From: an uncultured Pseudomonadota bacterium
GTDB lineage: Bacteria; Oederibacteriota; Muellerivitia; Muellerivitales; Muellerivitaceae
Assembly (NCBI GenBank): GCA_963843375.1
Contig: CAWJKT010000029.1
Location: 13,710 to 77,709 of the forward strand
Length of the DNA stretch: 64,000 nt
Reading direction: 5' to 3'
How positions within the stretch are numbered: position 1 is the stretch's first letter; every line of letters begins with the position of its first letter. This document shows, piece by piece, positions 20,320 to 30,031 of this stretch. The notes below the pieces were generated by a model. The model saw only the letters and a program-made list of their open reading frames with translations, did not search any database and had not been told where the DNA came from. The translations under genes were made by a program, and so were the position numbers.

Positions 20320-21078
20320 TTAATGGTATTGGTGGTTGAAGCTGTCAAGTCCGCCTTGACCTGAGGTTGTTTTATCATCTTGCTTGTTGAGGGGAACAAA
20401 GGTTTCTTTCACGACCGGTTCGGTGACATCTTCTTCTGTTCCGGTAGTGAAAAGATCCTCTCCTAAAGTCCCGTTGGCGGAACAATCGTAGTAATGACCG
20501 TTTTCCAAGTAAACCTGGAACTGATTTTTTTTAAGCCCCTGCCATCGCCAATAGCCACGGTCGAAATACAACCATCGTTCAGCGTAAACATCGTGCCACC
20601 AAAAATGCTTACCAAGGTAAAGAGTCCAATAAAAATCGCCGCCTGAGGACCAGCCATACCACTGAACTCCTGTTCCGCTGCGGAAATGGACATAATCCAT
20701 GCCCTTCAAGGAATGCCAGTAATAAATCTTGGACTTATTCTCCGATTTGTTGAAGGATTCGATTTGAGGAAGGAAGGAAGGGTCGGCCAAACTGTTGAGA
20801 GCTTCCCCCAGGGGAAGCTGGGCGCTGTTTTCCAACTGGAGGGGTTTTCCATCAACGTTTTTTCCGGGAGGCGACGGAATGGAATGATTTTCCGAGTCAT
20901 GCATTTTTTCTAAATCTCCCAAGACGATTGGGCCCGGGACCTGCGTGATTGACAATGGAATGTTTGAACTAGGGGTTTCTATTGCTGTGGGAGTGGATAC
21001 TTCCGAAGCTAGGAGTCCAATGGCGCCTCCTCCGCATAAAAGCAGGAATAAGCCCAGACTCGAAATTGTTTTTTTCAT
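20320..21078 (-). CDS. Secreted Trp/Tyr-rich hypothetical protein (paralog of 42943)
   Basis: Signal peptide; shares the YYWH...WYGW...FWWHD.YAER.LYFDRGYW block with 42943. Confidence 0.8.
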   Translation of the reverse strand: MKKTISSLGLFLLLCGGGAIGLLASEVSTPTAIETPSSNIPLSITQVPGPIVLGDLEKMHDSENHSIPSPPGKNVDGKPLQLENSAQLPLGEALNSLADPSFLPQIESFNKSENKSKIYYWHSLKGMDYVHFRSGTGVQWYGWSSGGDFYWTLYLGKHFWWHDVYAERWLYFDRGYWRWQGLKKNQFQVYLENGHYYDCSANGTLGEDLFTTGTEEDVTEPVVKETFVPLNKQDDKTTSGQGGLDSFNHQYH

Positions 21079-21365
21079 CGAACGCCTTCCTTTCGCCACC
21101 GGATTATACAAGTTTTTGAGGATTATGTGGCTCGTCCGTTCTCACGGTTCAATCTTGGTTTGAATTGACCCCATCGGAAATGCAAGCTTTATGGGTTTTT
21201 AATCGCGGAATTTTACTCAACAATTTTAGAGTGAATAAATGGCAAAACCTGGCTTTTAGCGGCAAGCAGCCAATCAACTCAACTGTTTAGGGTTTGGAAT
21301 AATACTAATCCAGCTGATTGAGATGACGCCTTGAAATAAAAACCCGAAATCCTCCAACAAAACAT

Positions 21366-21443
21366 TTTCCTAACGAATCTCTAATTACTTACTAACAAAC
21401 GCCTCCGTAACAGTCTCCTACCACCTTCTAACAGCAACCTAAT
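21366..21443 (+). promoter_or_regulatory. Array of CTAAC-like direct repeats, about 11-bp period (candidate OmpR-family/KdpE sites)
   Basis: Units at 21370, 21381, 21392, 21407, 21418, 21428 and 21439. Confidence 0.65.
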
Positions 21444-21526
21444 CGGTACCGGACATATATTTTATTTGAAAGAAACGGTCGGTTCTTTCCAAAGCTATTT
21501 GAAGAACCGAAACAAAGGGGGAAGTC

Positions 21527-21628
21527 ATGAATTTATTAATTATAGTCGGCTTGGGCTTGTTTCTAACCACCACCGGACTATCGGGAATGATAGGCGTAAT
21601 GCTTTTTAAAAAAGACGATTTATTTTAA
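21527..21628 (+). CDS. Putative 33-aa membrane peptide
   Basis: AAGGGGG RBS, MNLLIIVGLGLFLTTTGLSGMIGVMLFKKDDLF. Confidence 0.55.
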   Translation: MNLLIIVGLGLFLTTTGLSGMIGVMLFKKDDLF

Positions 21629-21665
21629 TTCAAATAATTTTAGACTTTTAAAAAGGAGCAAAACA

Positions 21666-22022
21666 ATGAAAACTTTAACATTAGTCTTAACCATGGTTTT
21701 GGTGTTTGCAAGTGTTGGAATTGGTTTTGCGGGTAATAAGCCAGCCGTAACCTATCCAGCGGGGATTTTGGTCTCGGCCAGTAACACCGTCCAAATGAAT
21801 GAATTGACCCCGTGGCACAAAGGAGCATTTCAACACCCCGCAGGAATTGTTACTGCGGGAGTTTGGTACCGTACCTGCCCCGTGATGACCGGTGTTATCC
21901 TTAACTCGAAACGTGAATCCGAAGTTACTTTGTCAAACGGAAAAAGAATCATGCTTTCCTGGGCAGGTTTAAAGGATAAGGTGGAAGCTAATCTTCAGAA
22001 ATACCAGCCTTATATGTATTGA
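21666..22022 (+). CDS. Small secreted hypothetical protein
   Basis: AAGGAG RBS and a Sec signal peptide. Confidence 0.8.
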   Translation: MKTLTLVLTMVLVFASVGIGFAGNKPAVTYPAGILVSASNTVQMNELTPWHKGAFQHPAGIVTAGVWYRTCPVMTGVILNSKRESEVTLSNGKRIMLSWAGLKDKVEANLQKYQPYMY

Positions 22023-22133
22023 TGTTTAATGGACAGGGTTTCCAAAAACGGTAAGAGTCAAAACCGTTTTTGATTTTCGGTCAGCCGGGAAACGGATAAA
22101 CCTAATGGATCTGAAGCTTGAGATAGGTGAAAA

Positions 22134-22514
22134 ATGAAAAAAATAGAGGCAATCATCCGGCCCGTAAAGTTTGACGATGTGAAGATGGCCTTGGCGGAAA
22201 CGGGTTATGGGGGGATTACCGTTACGGAAGTCGAAGGTCACGGCACACAAAAAGGCTTCACTCAAGTTTGGCGGGGCAGGGAATATAAGGTTGATTTGTT
22301 GCCCAAGATTAAGTTAGAGATTGTCTGTCCTGAAAAAGACACGGCCAAACTGGTTAAAGCTATTTTAAAAAGCGCATGGACTGGCCAAGCGGGTGATGGG
22401 AAAATCTTCGTCTATGAAATTGCCGAGGCCTATCGGATTAGCAGTGGGGAAGAGGGCGAAAAGGTCCTTTTTGAAAACCAAAATCCCGTTTCCAAGACGG
22501 TAAAAGCCGTCTAG
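22134..22514 (+). CDS. PII family nitrogen regulator, full T-loop, C-terminal tail
   Basis: MKKIEAIIRP, WRGREYKVDLLPK, GDGKIF. Confidence 0.95.
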   Translation: MKKIEAIIRPVKFDDVKMALAETGYGGITVTEVEGHGTQKGFTQVWRGREYKVDLLPKIKLEIVCPEKDTAKLVKAILKSAWTGQAGDGKIFVYEIAEAYRISSGEEGEKVLFENQNPVSKTVKAV

Positions 22515-22567
22515 ACACATTTCGGGGATAAGAATAGCCGTATCTTTGTTTCTTTTTGGATGAAGAC

Positions 22568-22599
22568 AAAGGCTGACCCATCAAGGTTAGCCTTTTTTT
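22568..22599 (+). terminator. Intrinsic terminator
   Basis: AAAGGCTGACC...GGTTAGCCTTTTTT. Confidence 0.7.
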
Positions 22600-22708
22600 A
22601 TAAGCAGGTTGGCGGTTCACAATTGTTAATTTACGGCTTTGTGCCATAAATTCAGGTTTTCCCCTGGCTTTCAAACGTGAACTTCCAACGGGTCAGCGGG
22701 AGTTCGCC

Positions 22709-23074
22709 ATGTTAAAAATTGAGGCGGTTATTCGGCCTGAAAAACTGGATCCGGTTTGCGCAAAACTACGGCGAATTGGTTATCCCGGAATGATGGTGAT
22801 GGAAATGGAAGGCCATGGGCGCCAAGGGGGCCTTCATGCTCATTGGCCGGAAGGAATGCGGATTAATTTTCTTCCGAAAGTCCGGATGGAAATCGTAGTC
22901 GAGAACAAGGATATGAGAAAAGTGATATCGGCCATTCTTTCGGGGGCGCGAACCGGGGAAGAGGGCGATGGTAAAATCTTTATTTCGGAAATTAAGGAAG
23001 CCATTCGCATTCGTACGGGCGAAAGGGGCTCCAAGGCTCTTTCGAAGGAGAAAGGATTGTCCCTGAAGAAATAA
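22709..23074 (+). CDS. PII family protein, divergent T-loop
   Basis: KIEAVIRP, FLPKVRMEI, GDGKIF, IRIRTGE. Confidence 0.93.
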   Translation: MLKIEAVIRPEKLDPVCAKLRRIGYPGMMVMEMEGHGRQGGLHAHWPEGMRINFLPKVRMEIVVENKDMRKVISAILSGARTGEEGDGKIFISEIKEAIRIRTGERGSKALSKEKGLSLKK

Positions 23075-23121
23075 GGGAATTCGAGGCTAAATCAAAATTA
23101 TTTGGACCAAGGGGAAAACGG

Positions 23122-23457
23122 ATGAAACGAATCGAAGCCATTATCAGGCCTAATGCCCTCAAGGCGGTTTTGGACAGCTTAGAAGAAATCGGTTATCCCG
23201 GTGTGACGGTTCAGGAAGCCCAAGGGCACGGCACCCAAAAAGGTGCTACCGACATTTACCGGGGCCAAAGCGTTGAAGGTCTGCTTCCCAAACTTGTAGT
23301 GTCCATGGTGGTAGAGGATAAAATTTTGGATAAGGCCATTGAAACAATTGTCAAGGCGTCGCGTAAAGGTGAAATTGGCGACGGTAAAATTTTTGTTTAT
23401 TCGGTTTTTGAAGCCGTGCGAATCCGTACCGGGGAGAGGGGCAAGGAAGCGCTTTAG
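23122..23457 (+). CDS. PII family protein
   Basis: RIEAIIRP, YRGQSVEGLLPK, GDGKIF, VRIRTGE. Confidence 0.95.
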   Translation: MKRIEAIIRPNALKAVLDSLEEIGYPGVTVQEAQGHGTQKGATDIYRGQSVEGLLPKLVVSMVVEDKILDKAIETIVKASRKGEIGDGKIFVYSVFEAVRIRTGERGKEAL

Positions 23458-23737
23458 ACCCCGTTCCCCATTTGGCGGTACAACACAACGGTATGTTGAG
23501 GAAAACTCTTAACAACAATATGAGGTTCAAGTCGATTCTATCCCCCCTGCGATTAGAATCCTGCCGAAAAAATCCTTCGGATTTTTTTATTAGAAATTGT
23601 GGATAGGTTTATTCCGGTTTTCTCTCCTTGATTTGCTCAAACGCTTTCCTAACGAATTCGGATTTCTTCTAACAGCAATTTAATGCCCTGCTGTCGTAAA
23701 CTTCCGGTATGAAAATTTCACATTTGTTAATTCTAAA

Positions 23738-24373
23738 ATGAAAATATCACATCTGTTAATTCTCATGCGCGAAACAGATCTCTCGCCCGAACAACTGGCC
23801 ACGCGGTTGGGAATTTCCAACATGACTGTGCGCCGCTGGATGAAAAGATCGCCGGGTGAGACGCTTCCCGTCATTTATCGAAGAACAGTGCAGGACGCTA
23901 TTTACCAGATGGTCATTGATGGAGTTTTAACGGCGGATTCCCGATCTTATCAATCGGTTTTAAAAATGAGCCAGGGTTTATCTTTTGTGACGATCCTTAA
24001 AAGTTTGGGGATCAAAAACGATTTCAAAAAGGCGCCTAGTTTTGCGCCTGACCGCTTGATGGTGGGGCTTTCCCAAATTGGGGCCAAGGAAAGGCAAAAG
24101 AAGGAAGTGGATAAGAATTACAAAAAAATAAGGTCATTCAGTCGATTGAGCCGGGAGTGGAAAGATAGGATTTCGACACTAATGCGGGTGGTTTTGTCCG
24201 GAAAATTGAATTCCTCGGACAAGTTAGTTGCATATGGAGCTTTGTTTTACCTGTTATGCCCTTTTGATTTAATCCCGGATAACATCCCGGTTTTCGGCTT
24301 GATGGACGATTACGTTGTGCTGGGGTTGGCCTCGGCACATTACATTAATAAATACAAAATTCTTTTTGGATGA
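23738..24373 (+). CDS. Cro/C1-type HTH fused to a DUF1232/YkvA domain
   Basis: LSPEQLATRLGISNMTVRRW at the N-terminus; ALFYLLCPFDLIPDNIPVFGLMDD at the C-terminus. Confidence 0.8.
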   Translation: MKISHLLILMRETDLSPEQLATRLGISNMTVRRWMKRSPGETLPVIYRRTVQDAIYQMVIDGVLTADSRSYQSVLKMSQGLSFVTILKSLGIKNDFKKAPSFAPDRLMVGLSQIGAKERQKKEVDKNYKKIRSFSRLSREWKDRISTLMRVVLSGKLNSSDKLVAYGALFYLLCPFDLIPDNIPVFGLMDDYVVLGLASAHYINKYKILFG

Positions 24374-24380
24374 ACTGAAA

Positions 24381-25772
24381 ATGAAAAAAATATTTTATGG
24401 AATTCTTTTCGCTTCCTGGGGTCTCGCCGGCGTTGTTGGCGCCCAAACCTTTACCCTGGAACAAGCCATCCTTTCTACCTGGGATAACTCTTCCCAATTA
24501 AAAGCCCAAAAGTCTTTGGGGGTGATCTATTCGGATGACACCTGGAGGCGGTTTATACCCGAAGAACCCCAAGTTTCCTATACCTGGTCGGACAACAATG
24601 CCGAGCAATCCTGGGGCCTTTCCTTGGACTATCCCATCCCTTTTAAAAGCTTGGCCTATACCCAACTGGATTCGGCTGTTGCCCAGCAGCAAAGATGGGA
24701 ATTCACTGCTCAAAAATATGACCTGGCGGTCACCATCGCTCAAGCTTACATGAACTGCGCTACGGACCAGGCCATGATCGTTTTTCAAACACAAAACGTA
24801 CAGGATTTAGAAACCATTACTGATGCGATCCGAATCCAGTACACCCATGGGCATTCCAATCAAACCCAAAAAATCAGCGCTGAGCTCCAATTAACCCAGG
24901 CCCAAAGAGACCTCAAAACTGCCCAAGACCAGATGAAAACGGCTGTGGAACTTTATGCCCGGCTAATGAAGGTTCCGCCCGGCCAGGTGACGGGTTTTGA
25001 ACTCCCAGACGACGTTCCGTCATCAATTATCAAGGAATTGGGGGACCGGACATCGGGCCAATTACGGGATAAAGCCTCAGTAGAAGTGGGGGAGGCCAAT
25101 CGCGCAACAGGGTTTTGGTCCCAAATACCCGATTTGGATTTAAGCGTCGGCCAAAACCAATGGCTCAACCTGCCAGCAAGCCCTTCGGGCTTGCAATATG
25201 ACTACACCTTCAGTGTTGCCATCACCGTTCCCATCCTTTTTCCATTCCATGAAGTGGCCGAAGCGGGTAGAGCTGAAAACCAGGGGATTGTTTCCAGGGA
25301 AATGGCCAAAATTCAACTTTTGCAGGACAACTCGGCCCAGGAAGCGGGAGCCCTTGATTACGTTCGCAGCAAAGAGCGTTTCAAGCAGTTGCATTCCAGG
25401 GATTTGGTTCTGGCTGAGACCATGAAGGAAAGCGCAGTGGAAGCCTATAAAAGGGGAACGCTCCAATTTTCAGATTTGATGTTGGCCCGTCAGACTTACG
25501 CCAGTTTGAAAACCGAGGATATTCAAATCCGCGCGGAAATTGTTAATGCCCATCTGGCCGGTTTGAGGGATATCGAGGAATCGTCCGAAGGCTCAACAAC
25601 GAATGGTTCGAATGATGCGGAAAAAAATACACCCCCAGCGTCGGTAGATCAGGTTCCATTGTCCGTCCCAAGTCCACAGCCCCTTTTGGGCGCCAATAAT
25701 CCGCCGGTGGATTCTACCCCGACTCCGGCGGCGGGAACCAACGACGGGGATGGTTCAAAAGAAGCGAAATAA
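24381..25772 (+). CDS. TolC-family outer-membrane efflux protein
   Basis: Signal peptide, FSVAITVPILF strand, AYKRGTLQFSDLM helix; precedes MFP and RND genes. Confidence 0.82.
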   Translation: MKKIFYGILFASWGLAGVVGAQTFTLEQAILSTWDNSSQLKAQKSLGVIYSDDTWRRFIPEEPQVSYTWSDNNAEQSWGLSLDYPIPFKSLAYTQLDSAVAQQQRWEFTAQKYDLAVTIAQAYMNCATDQAMIVFQTQNVQDLETITDAIRIQYTHGHSNQTQKISAELQLTQAQRDLKTAQDQMKTAVELYARLMKVPPGQVTGFELPDDVPSSIIKELGDRTSGQLRDKASVEVGEANRATGFWSQIPDLDLSVGQNQWLNLPASPSGLQYDYTFSVAITVPILFPFHEVAEAGRAENQGIVSREMAKIQLLQDNSAQEAGALDYVRSKERFKQLHSRDLVLAETMKESAVEAYKRGTLQFSDLMLARQTYASLKTEDIQIRAEIVNAHLAGLRDIEESSEGSTTNGSNDAEKNTPPASVDQVPLSVPSPQPLLGANNPPVDSTPTPAAGTNDGDGSKEAK

Positions 25773-25789
25773 GTTTATTTTTTAACGAG

Positions 25790-26755
25790 GTGACGACGAT
25801 GAAAATAATTCAAGCATTCCTTTTGGCCGGGACTATGGCCGCGGGAACACAGGCTGGGGCCACTGATTATCAATGGACCAAGGTGGTGGCAGGTGAAGAA
25901 ATTACGGGGCTTAGGGCGACTGGAATGATCATTCCCCAGGAAGGAGCCTTGAAGAACCAATCAGCCAATACCCAAGGGCGGGTTTTAGCTGTCCTTAAAA
26001 GGGAAGGGGATGAGGTCGTACCGGGTACGCCGCTTTTCCTGGTCAATGACTCGGAATGCATCTCCTTGGCCCAGGAAATGCGCCTAGCCCAGAAAAACGG
26101 AGTCCAAGAATTAATTGATGCGGCTGCCGAACGTGAAAAGCAATTAGGTGTCAAAGTGGAAAACGGCCAATATGAAATTGTTTCCCTTTATACGGGTGTG
26201 ATCACCCATATCAACGTCAATTCGGGAACGAATTACAACCCCGGGGACCAGTTGGCAAACATTCTGGATATGCACAAGCTCACCGTGGAATTGGATATTG
26301 CTGAAAAATATGTATCCGATCTTCACCGGGGCCAGAAGGTCACATTCCAATTGGCTTCCGATTCCCTGACTTCCTATACCTCCACCATTCGGACAATTGT
26401 GCCGACGATTGATCCTAACCAGCGCACGACCATCGTGCGCCTGAAGCCGGTAACCCTCCCGGAGGATGTCAACCTTTCCGAGTTGGTATACGGCATAGTC
26501 CAAACCGGAGCTAATCAGCCTGTTTTAAAAATTCCATCTTCGGCCCTGGTTTTCAGCCACGACCAGCAGTATGTCCTGAAAGGCGATGAAAAAAACCACA
26601 CCGCGGTTCCGGTGCAGGTGGTAAATGAAACGGATGATCTAAGTTCGGTGAGGCCGGTCAACCCGGGAGAATTGAAAGAAGGAGATTCGGTGGTCAGTAC
26701 CGGCGCCATTTATTTATTCAGTGAAATGAAGGACAGCGATGGTGGAGGGAGTTGA
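25790..26755 (+). CDS. RND periplasmic adaptor (MFP)
   Basis: Lipoyl-like halves, PTIDPNQRT, IPSSALV, LKEGDSVV. Confidence 0.88.
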   Translation: MTTMKIIQAFLLAGTMAAGTQAGATDYQWTKVVAGEEITGLRATGMIIPQEGALKNQSANTQGRVLAVLKREGDEVVPGTPLFLVNDSECISLAQEMRLAQKNGVQELIDAAAEREKQLGVKVENGQYEIVSLYTGVITHINVNSGTNYNPGDQLANILDMHKLTVELDIAEKYVSDLHRGQKVTFQLASDSLTSYTSTIRTIVPTIDPNQRTTIVRLKPVTLPEDVNLSELVYGIVQTGANQPVLKIPSSALVFSHDQQYVLKGDEKNHTAVPVQVVNETDDLSSVRPVNPGELKEGDSVVSTGAIYLFSEMKDSDGGGS

Positions 26756-26874
26756 TCTATCGGTTCCCCCAACCAGGTTTGAAAAGATTTCTTTAAACCC
26801 TTTGGGCGGGTTGAATGGGGTCGCTTGGAACCAAAAGTTTCAACGAAGTAATTATCGGTTTGAGGATTTAAAAC

Positions 26875-29800
26875 ATGAATAAGCTATTACTGCGCTGGTT
26901 CCAGTTCCAAAGGGAAAGTTTTGTTCTTTTCCTATTCCTTCTGATGTGCCTGGTCGGGTATGGAGCCTTTATCGCCTTTAACAGTGAAATACAAGCTTTT
27001 CCCGAGTTCACTAACGTCCAAGTCCAAATCCAGACTCTTTTTCCGGGAAAAGCCGCGGAGGAGGTGGAAAGACTGGTCACTATTCCCCTGGAAGTCGCCA
27101 CCCGAAGTGTTCCCGGACTCATCAATTCCCGTTCCATCTCGGAGTTCGGCTTAAGCGTAATTACCCTGACTTTTGACGATGATATCGCGGACTGGAAAGC
27201 TCGAAGCGATACAAACCTCTATATGGCTAACGCCACCCTGCCTAACGGGATCCAGCCGGGACTTTCAGCCGACAGTACGCCTTTGGGCGAAATATACCGC
27301 TATACCCTTGAAGGGGACCTGCCGGTAAATGAAAAACGGATGATCCAGGACTGGACCCTGGAAAGGGCCTTCAAGGGAATCTCCGGCGTAGCCGATGTGG
27401 TGGGCTTCGGGGGTCCAACCCGAACCATCGAGGTGAAAATCGATGTGCCCCGAATGAAATCTCTGGGACTCAGCGTCGCCCAAATCGCCCAGAACTTGGG
27501 AGCCAATCATGCCAATGCCGGAGGCAGCATCATCACCCATGGCGAGGAAAGTTATGTGGTGCGTTCCATCGGGTTGTACCAGGATCCTGTAGAGCTGGAA
27601 GACGCCGTCATTGCCACCCAGGGAAACACTCCGATCCGGGTGCGGGACGTGGGTACGGTGAGCATCGGAAACCATATTCGCTTGGGGATGGTAGGGCGGG
27701 ACCACGAGGATGACGTGGTGGAAGGTATCGTCCTTTTAAGGATAGGGGCAAACACCCTGCGAACCTGTGCGCTCATCCGGGATAAAGTTAAGGATTTGAA
27801 TGAGAATATTCTCCCGAAGGGCTGCAAACTGGTCAATTATTACGACCGTACCGACCTCATTCGTCGCAGCAGTCATACAGTTTTCCACAATATCTTTTTC
27901 GGCATCATGCTGGTCTGCGTACTTTTGATCCTTGGTTTCGGAGTCCAATATTGGGCCATGTCGGCGGGAGTGGCTTTGATTATTCCCTTCGCGCTCTTGG
28001 TGGCGTTCGTGGGCCTTCACTTGGAAGGTTATAACCCCAACCTGATTTCGCTAGGCGCGGTGGATTTCGGGATCATTGTGGAGACCGCCATTTTCGCGGC
28101 CGAAGCGGTGCTAGCCACGATTTCAAAACCCAAACAGCATGATGAAAATATCGTCTTGTCTCTGGCCGATGTGCTGGGCCCGGCCCTGCTTTGCGCGTTC
28201 CTTTTGTTGATCGCCTTTATTCCCATCATCAGCCTTCAGCGGGTGGAAGGCCGTATTTTCAGGCCTTTGGGTATCACCCTCATTTCCGCCCTGATCGGTG
28301 GCCAAATGGGCGCCTTCATTTTTATCCCTTTGGCCACCTCCTGGGTGCCGATGGGACCCCAGCCCACAAATAAAGCGGACCGTTTTTTTGTGTGGGTCAT
28401 GCAACGATGCCGCAAGGTAATGCTTTTCTTCGATCGTTGGAAGAGGCTGTTCCTGATCGCAGGGGTCTTCTTCGCGGCAGTCCTGGTGGCCCTCAATTGG
28501 GGTCTGGGAGGAGAATTCCTCCCCACCATGAACGAGGGCAATCTTTGGGTCCGTATCACCGCTCCTCCCACCATCTCTCGTGAGGAAGCGGTAAGGCTTG
28601 TCCATAAAATCCGTGAAAGGTTCATGGAAATTCCCGAGGTCCGGACGGTCATCTCTCAGACGGGCCGCCCGGACGATGGTAGCGACGTCAACGGGTTCGA
28701 CGTCACGGAATTCGATGTGGACCTTGGCGATCCCGAAAATTGGAAAAGCGCCAAGGATATTAATGGGTTCATTGCCGAAGCCGAAGACAAGATGAAAGAC
28801 ATCGATGGTGTGGATTTCAACTATTCCCAATATATCAAGGACAACGTGGATGAGGCCATCAGCGGGGTCAAGGGCGAGTTGGTAGTTAAGATTGTCGGGC
28901 CAAAATTGGAACAACTTCAAAACATCGCCGATGAAATCGAGGCGATTGTTAAAAAAGTGCCGGGCGCGGAGGACGTGGGAGCCGAAAAAATATTACAGCA
29001 ACCTGAACTCCAATTCGTCATGGACCGTCCTGCTCTGGACCGTTACGGCATCCAGGTAGCCACGGCGGAGGATGTCTTGGAGTCCGCCCTTTCGGGCAAG
29101 TGGTCCACCCAGATGGTGGATGACCAGGGCCGCTATGTGGACGTGCTCGTGAAGCCCAGCCTGCCTAACCATGTGACTGAGAATATTCTTTCCTCCCTGC
29201 CCGTCCTCTCTCCGGGTGGCGCCGAGATCCCCTTGGGAGAAGTGAGCCATCCAAAGTTGGTCGAGGGTGTTTCGGCTATTTATCGGGAAGAAGGGGACCG
29301 CCGTATTGCCGTTAAATGTTCCGTCCGCGGTCGGGCGGTTGTAGATTTCGTGAAGCAAGCGGATGCAATGATCAGGCAGAAAGTGACTTTACCGGCCCAT
29401 TATCATATGTCTTGGTCTGGTTCTTTCGAGAATGCAAAGAGGGCAAGCGCACAACTGGCTATCCTTGTTCCACTTTGCCTGACAGCCATGGTGATCATTC
29501 TTTATACCTGGTTCAAGGATTGGACCCTGGTAGGACTCTTATTATGGGAAATACCCTTTTCGGGTCTGGGTGGATTATCAGCCATCCGGTTAGCCGGACT
29601 CAACTTCAGCATTTCGGCGGCAGCTGGGGGAGTTGTTTTGATCGGAGTCTCATTCCTCACAGGAATGATGCTTATTTCCGAGTGGGTTCACGTAAGGGAC
29701 GCCTGGAAAGCTTTAGAAGAAAAAGGACGGAGCATCATTATTTCAAGCGGGGTGGCGATTATCGGCTTAATTCCCGCTTCTTTCTCCCACGGCATGGGAT

Positions 29801-29937
29801 CGGAAACGGCCAGGCCCTTTGCGGTGATGATTATGGGCGGGTTGACCAGTTCACTCTTTTTTTCCCTTACCTTGCTCCCGGCCTTTTTGAAAAAAATTGA
29901 GGGAAGGTATAGGAAGGATAAGGGTCATGCGGATTAA
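26875..29937 (+). CDS. CzcA/CusA-family RND permease, divergent
   Basis: AAEEVERLVTIPLE, RSISEFGLS, ISLGAVDFGII, EGRIFRPL, GSETARPFA. Confidence 0.92.
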   Translation: MNKLLLRWFQFQRESFVLFLFLLMCLVGYGAFIAFNSEIQAFPEFTNVQVQIQTLFPGKAAEEVERLVTIPLEVATRSVPGLINSRSISEFGLSVITLTFDDDIADWKARSDTNLYMANATLPNGIQPGLSADSTPLGEIYRYTLEGDLPVNEKRMIQDWTLERAFKGISGVADVVGFGGPTRTIEVKIDVPRMKSLGLSVAQIAQNLGANHANAGGSIITHGEESYVVRSIGLYQDPVELEDAVIATQGNTPIRVRDVGTVSIGNHIRLGMVGRDHEDDVVEGIVLLRIGANTLRTCALIRDKVKDLNENILPKGCKLVNYYDRTDLIRRSSHTVFHNIFFGIMLVCVLLILGFGVQYWAMSAGVALIIPFALLVAFVGLHLEGYNPNLISLGAVDFGIIVETAIFAAEAVLATISKPKQHDENIVLSLADVLGPALLCAFLLLIAFIPIISLQRVEGRIFRPLGITLISALIGGQMGAFIFIPLATSWVPMGPQPTNKADRFFVWVMQRCRKVMLFFDRWKRLFLIAGVFFAAVLVALNWGLGGEFLPTMNEGNLWVRITAPPTISREEAVRLVHKIRERFMEIPEVRTVISQTGRPDDGSDVNGFDVTEFDVDLGDPENWKSAKDINGFIAEAEDKMKDIDGVDFNYSQYIKDNVDEAISGVKGELVVKIVGPKLEQLQNIADEIEAIVKKVPGAEDVGAEKILQQPELQFVMDRPALDRYGIQVATAEDVLESALSGKWSTQMVDDQGRYVDVLVKPSLPNHVTENILSSLPVLSPGGAEIPLGEVSHPKLVEGVSAIYREEGDRRIAVKCSVRGRAVVDFVKQADAMIRQKVTLPAHYHMSWSGSFENAKRASAQLAILVPLCLTAMVIILYTWFKDWTLVGLLLWEIPFSGLGGLSAIRLAGLNFSISAAAGGVVLIGVSFLTGMMLISEWVHVRDAWKALEEKGRSIIISSGVAIIGLIPASFSHGMGSETARPFAVMIMGGLTSSLFFSLTLLPAFLKKIEGRYRKDKGHAD

Positions 29938-30031
29938 TCGAACTGTTTTATGGTTTTGAAAAAGATAGAACCGGAACTAGATAGATGAAGAGTTAAACCA
30001 ACCACCCATCTGGTTCCGGTAAGATTAGAAT

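Noticed and set aside
21366..21443. CRISPR or iteron array
   Set aside because: The units are about 5 bp at 11-bp spacing, with no cas or rep genes in the window.
22134..23457. PII genes as DarA/PstA c-di-AMP receptors
   Set aside because: They keep the canonical GlnB/K motifs (Q39, K58, GDGKIF), so the sequence does not support that assignment; binding is untested.
23500..23590. tRNA-like GGTTCAAGTC sequence
   Set aside because: No cloverleaf or acceptor stem can be formed.
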